Below are positions 53,566-64,000 of a stretch of 64,000 nt of DNA, piece after piece. The stretch lies in the NCBI RefSeq assembly GCF_009914755.1, contig NC_060933.1. One strand, 5' to 3'. The stretch comes from the human T2T-CHM13v2.0 reference genome, Homo sapiens. Below the pieces are notes generated by a model, which saw only the letters and a list, made by a program, of their open reading frames with translations, did not search any database and was not told where the DNA came from. Every line of letters begins with the position of its first letter. The first letter of the stretch is position 1. Made by a program: the position numbers and the translations under genes.

Positions 53566-55608
53566 TACCTTACGTAAGTGGAATCAGGCAGTATTAAAAC
53601 ATACTTTCAATTAGTAATGACTATAATTCGGATAATTTAAATAAGAGAAAGCAAACATCACTACTACTAGCTTTTGGGGGAAAATATTACAAATAGGGAT
53701 ATTGTGATAAAAGTGTACAATATTTTTTATATTTGTGCACTTAGATCCGTGTTCAAACTTTGCCACCTATACATGTATAGCACATTTGAATATGTGCTAC
53801 AGTATGCCATTTATAAAGACTGAAAATAACATTTTATAAAATATTATTATTTATTTGGCAACCTCATGAGCTTTGGCTTCAAAAATACCTGATTTACAAA
53901 GCATAATCCTAGTGCTGGAGAACAGATCAGTGGCTGCCAAAGGTTAGGGTTGGTTGGAAGATGTGATTAGTGAGGGATAACATGAAAACATGTACTTTCT
54001 TTGTGGTGATAGAGCAGTTCTGCATCCAGATTATGGTGATGGTTACATAAATCCGCACTTCATAGATCTATACACACACATCACACATACACTCACACAC
54101 ACCTACACAAGAGTACATGTAAAATCCTTAGAAATATGAATAGGGTCTGAACCTGAGTTAATGGTATGTAAACAATGTCAATTTCCTGATTTTGGCAATG
54201 TGCTAGGTTAAGTTATATATAATTATTGGGGAAAGTTGGCTGAAAATAACACGGTCATTCTTTTTACTATTTTTTAACTTCTTGTGAGTCAAATTATTTA
54301 AAAATAATTGGTATTAAACAAAGACAAAAAATCTAAAATTTCTAAAATCAAAGCCCTTATGAATTTGAACATATTATTTGATTTCTTTTGTAGACCTTGA
54401 TTTCTTCACCTGTAAAAATGGAATGATAGTAGAATTTCTATCTCATTATTGTCATGCTTAAACCATAACATTTATGTAAGTGCCCAGTACTGTGTCTGGT
54501 GAACAATAATGCTTAAACACTGAGTTCCCCACTTTTTTGTGGCTGTTGGTTTTCAGGTGGTTTTTAAGTTCCTAAGTGGAAGTTTGTTTAAAAAGAGGCA
54601 GTCAAAATAAACAGCGATGTCTCAGAGCATCATCTGAACAAGAAAGGAAGGTGTTCTCCATCCCTTGAAGTGGTCTCAGTCCTCTTTTATTGTTTAGCTC
54701 TCATGTGAGTCTTCAGAAATAACCTCAAGAATTGCTACAACATCAACAGAGAATTAACTCTCATTGAGTTTTTAGCTCAGTAGATTCTGGGTCCTAAAAT
54801 TTATGGACTCACCTGCTTTTTAAATTTTTCCCATTTAGAAATATTCAATTTAAATCTTCCTTCAGTAAGTAATTGTTAACTATTAACAATCCTAACATTA
54901 TAATAAAGTCAGAAGTAACATTTATTACTTTTGTTTTCCACTCATACTGCTTGCAGTCCATAAGCATACAGCATTTTTGTCTTTCCAAATATCTAAAGGA
55001 AGATAATCAAAATCAAAACTAAGAAATCCTACTCTGAAGTCATATCTCTCTAACTAGATTGTATATTTATTGAGGGTGATGACTATATTTTCTTTTCCAG
55101 GAGAACAAAACAAATACAAGGTTGGGATGAAGTGAATTTAGTGGGGGATGGAGAGGGGAAGGAGTCAAGTTTCTTCATCCTTTTCCATGCTTTGATAACT
55201 TTATCTGTGAGATCCTAGTTAAAAGAACATGACTATCTAAAGAAGTAAGTGCTTGAAAGGCCCACTGTATTAGGAGATTAGGAATTGTTAGCTTGAAAAG
55301 ACATAAATGGAAAGAAAACATAACATAGAGACAAAATACATGAAATTTTTATTGTGGTACACATGTGCTTTGTGATCATATTTCTGTGTCATAAACAAAA
55401 AAAAAGTATAAAGCTTAACCAAGAGAAATTTAGGGCACATAGAAGCATTTACGTGTTTTCATACTATGAGCTGGGGCTAAGGTGTCCTTTACCATGACAG
55501 TTGGTGAAGCATAAGAACAAATCAATTCACAAATGTTCTGGTAAATTCCAATTTCCGCATCTTAAATCATAGACCTAAGTCAGTCAAAGTCAGTCATATA
55601 TATAGATA

Positions 55609-55646
<38 letters not shown>

Positions 55647-56581
55647 CAGGCACCTACATAAGTGGTATGATTTAAGCATGACAATAATGAGATAGGAATC
55701 ATACTATTATTCCATTTTTACAGGTGAAGAAATCAAGGTCTATAAAAGAAATCAAATCATATGTCCAAATTCATATGGGCTTTGATTTTTGAACTTTCAA
55801 ATTTTTGTCTTTGCTTAATACCTTTTGTTTTAAAACAATTTGACTCATAAGAAGTTAAAAAAAGAAGTAAAATGAATGACCATGCTATTTTCAGGCAACT
55901 TTCCCCAATGATTTTATCTAACTTAACCTAGTACGTTGCCAAAATCAGGAAATTGACATTGTTTCCATACCATTAACTCAGGTTCAGACCCTATTCATAT
56001 TTCTAAGGATTTTACATGTACAGATGTGTTTGAATGTATGTGTGATGTGTGTGTATAGATCTATGAAGTGTGGATTTATGTAACCATTACCATTATCTGG
56101 ATGCAGAACTGCTCTATCACCACAAACAAAGTACATGTTTTCACGTTATCCCTCACTGATCACATCTTCCAACCAACCCTAACCCTTGGCAGCTACTGTT
56201 CTGTTCTCCAGCTCTGGGATTATGCTATGTAATTCAGGTATTTTTGAAACCAAGCTTATGAGGTTGCTAAATAAATAATAATGTTTATAAACTATTATTT
56301 TCAGTCTTTATAAATGGCATACTGTAGCACATATTCCAATGTGCTATACATGTATAGGTGAGCCAAAGTTTGAACATGGATCTAAGTGCACAAACATAAA
56401 AAATATTGTACACTTTTATCATATCTCTATTTGTAATCTTTTTCCCCAAATACTAGTAGTAGTGATGTTTGCTTTCTCTTATTTAAACTATCAGAATCTT
56501 TAAACTTTCTCTTATTTAAACTATAGTCATTACTAATTGAAAGTATGTTTGAATACTGCCTGATTCCACTTACACAAGATA
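53566..56581. repeat. Inverted duplication: arms 53566-54485 and 55649-56581, spacer about 1.16 kb
   Basis: Arms are collinear reverse complements over ~920 bp, e.g. gtaagtggaatcaggcagtatt vs aatactgcctgattccacttac, and gaatagggtctgaacctgagttaatggtatg vs cataccattaactcaggttcagaccctattc. Confidence 0.92.
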
Positions 56582-56775
56582 GATATATATATCAGTCATA
56601 TCTATGTGTGTGTATATATTTATATATATGTCAGTCATATATATGTGTGTGTATATATTTATATATATATGTCAGTCATATATGTGTGTATATATTTATA
56701 CATATCACATACCCACATATATAGACGGAGTTAGGTCTATGATCTCTGTATAAATTTATATACACACATATGTAT
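56581..56775. repeat. (TA/TG)-rich minisatellite with ~38-bp cagtcatat... units
   Basis: Three cagtcata units; a related tract lies at 55578-55646. Confidence 0.8.
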
Positions 56776-56884
56776 TTTTAAACTATTACATGAAGCAAAT
56801 AGTACAGTTGATTTCATATAACAAGACTTACTGGATGTATATGGGCAAAAGTTAATGCATATGGGCAAATAAATTGATGAACTT

Positions 56885-57102
56885 ACAGACTCATTTATTT
56901 GACATATATTTATTGTGTGGTCTCTATTGAATGCTGGGTATCTTCCAGGAGCCTAAAATTCAGCAGTGAACGTAACAGGCTCAAATCCTTGTACTCAAGT
57001 AGCTAATATTCTAATCGAGGGAGAAGACAATAAACAAAGTTAATAAGCAAAATATTCAACATACTAGTTGATAGGAAGTTCTGTGGTGAAAAATAAAGTA
57101 AG
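56885..57102 (-). mobile_element. L2 3' end (continues after 62430, split by the MYO5B retrocopy, MER5 and MLT1)
   Basis: tcatttatttgacatatatttattg...cagcagtgaac; purine-rich L2 sequence resumes at 62430-63670. Confidence 0.7.
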
Positions 57103-62426
<5,324 letters not shown>

Positions 62427-62736
62427 GAAAAAGCAAGGAAGAAGAATGGGGTTGATAGGATGTATATTTAAAATAGATTATCCAGGAACAACTGCACTGT
62501 GTTATATATATATGTGTGATAATATATGTGTAATTATATATCACTATATATGATAAATATATCTTTATATCTGGTGCAGGTGAGTAAATAACCCATGCAA
62601 ATATTGGGGGGAGGAACAGTCCAGGCACTGCAGGAATATCAAAAAGGTCAATATGACACAAGCAGAGTAATGACAGAGTGACATGGAGTGAGGAGCAGAT
62701 GAAATAATAAGAAAAGTAGGCAGGTCGTTTTGAAGG

Positions 62737-62890
62737 GTATGCTTCTCAAATTCTAATTTGCATATAAATCACCTAGGTTTCACATTAAAATAAAGATTCT
62801 GATTCAGGTGGTCTGAAGAGTTTATATTTCTTACAAGTTTCAGGGGATGCTGGTGCTACTGGTCTGTGTATCACACTTTGAATACCAAAG
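62737..62890. mobile_element. MER5-type hAT-Charlie MITE
   Basis: cttctcaaa...aatcaccta...agattctgattcag...cacactttgaata. Confidence 0.7.
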
Positions 62891-62929
62891 GACTGGAGAT
62901 GCGTGCATGGTAAGGAGCTTTGGGTTGAG

Positions 62930-63371
62930 TACTGTGGGTTGAATTGTGTCTTCCCCAAAAAAGATGTTCAAATCCCAACTCTCAGTACTTGTAAATATGA
63001 CATTACTTGGAAATAAAATCTTGCCTAGTCAATCAAGTTAAGTGGATTCAGATGGGCCCTTATCAAATGACTAGTGTGCTTGTAAGAACGTGGATATTTA
63101 GAAAAACACACGGTGGATAAAGTATGTGAAGAAGAAGGAAGAGATTGGAGTCACGTAACTACAAGCCAAAGAATGCCAAGGATTGATGGCAACTGTGAGA
63201 AGCTAGGAAAAGACAAGGAAGGATCCTCCCCTGGAGTCTTCAGAGACCATGACCCTGATGACACCTTACTTTCAACTCCTAGCCTCCAGAACTGTGAGAG
63301 AATAAATTTCTGTACTTTTAACCTGCTCAGTTGGTGGTAATTTGTTACAGTAGCCTGAGGAAACTAATACC
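62930..63371 (+). mobile_element. MaLR LTR (MLT1C-like)
   Basis: tgggttgaattgtgtc...cctccagaactgtgagagaataaatttctg...ggaaactaatac; 5-bp TSD TTGAG. Confidence 0.85.
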
Positions 63372-63671
63372 TTGAGTGGGATGGAGAGTGAAGTCATTGG
63401 AGGGTTTTAAGAGAAGAATGGCTCGGTCTGACATATTCTTAAAGAATCACCCTAATTGCAGAAACTAGAATAGACTGAAGGCAAGGGGCTACAGGGAAGT
63501 AGGAAGACCAGTTAGGCGGCTATAGCAGTAAACCTAACTGGAGAGTGGAGAGATGGTGGTTTGAATCAGGGTGGTAGTGACGGTGGTGAGACAGGAACAG
63601 AATCTGAAGATGTTTTGAATTACTATTGATAAAATTTGTTAACATAGTATGAGCTATAAAAAAATGAGGGT

Positions 63672-63961
63672 GGCTGGGAATGGTGGCTTACTCCTGTAAT
63701 CACGGCACTTTGGGAGGCTGAGATGGGTGGATTACCTGAGGTCAGGAGTTTGAGACCAGCCGGGCCAACATGGTGAAACCCTGTCTCTACTAAAAATACA
63801 AACATTAGCCGGGCATGTTGGCGGGTGCCTGTAATCCCAGCTCCTCAGGAAGCTGAGGCAAGGGAATCACTTGAACCCAGGAGGTGGTGGTTGCAGTGAG
63901 CCAAGATCATGCCATTGCACTCCAACCTGGATGACGAGAGTGAAACTCCATGTCAAAAAAA
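63672..63961 (+). mobile_element. AluS (Sx-like)
   Basis: Full dimer on + with a short A tail. Confidence 0.92.
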
Positions 63962-64000
63962 GTAGAATAATTTATAATACTTTGGGTAGAAACCTAGTAA

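Overview
Primate (almost certainly human) repeat-dense segmental-duplication mosaic with no intact protein-coding gene. In order: (i) a diverged relic of the 5S rDNA tandem array (one near-complete 5S pseudogene with D-box and terminator, one 18-nt gene stub, a full spacer carrying a solo LTR2/HERV-E); (ii) about 30 kb of nested L1, L2, Alu and LTR elements, including a full-length L1PA7-like element with TSD; (iii) GC-rich subtelomere-type blocks with a degenerate 290-330 bp repeat, then TAR1 and a degenerate interstitial (TTAGGG)n tract; (iv) an unspliced PTGER4 fragment, a CDK2AP2 processed pseudogene and a 5'-truncated MYO5B processed pseudogene; (v) a ~920-bp local inverted duplication. 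From memory this gene order matches the chromosome 9 pericentromeric duplicon (RNA5SP / LINC01410 / PTGER4P-CDK2AP2P / MYO5BP). It exists as several paralogous copies that I cannot distinguish here, so the numbered symbols are provisional. Repeat subfamily names were assigned by eye.
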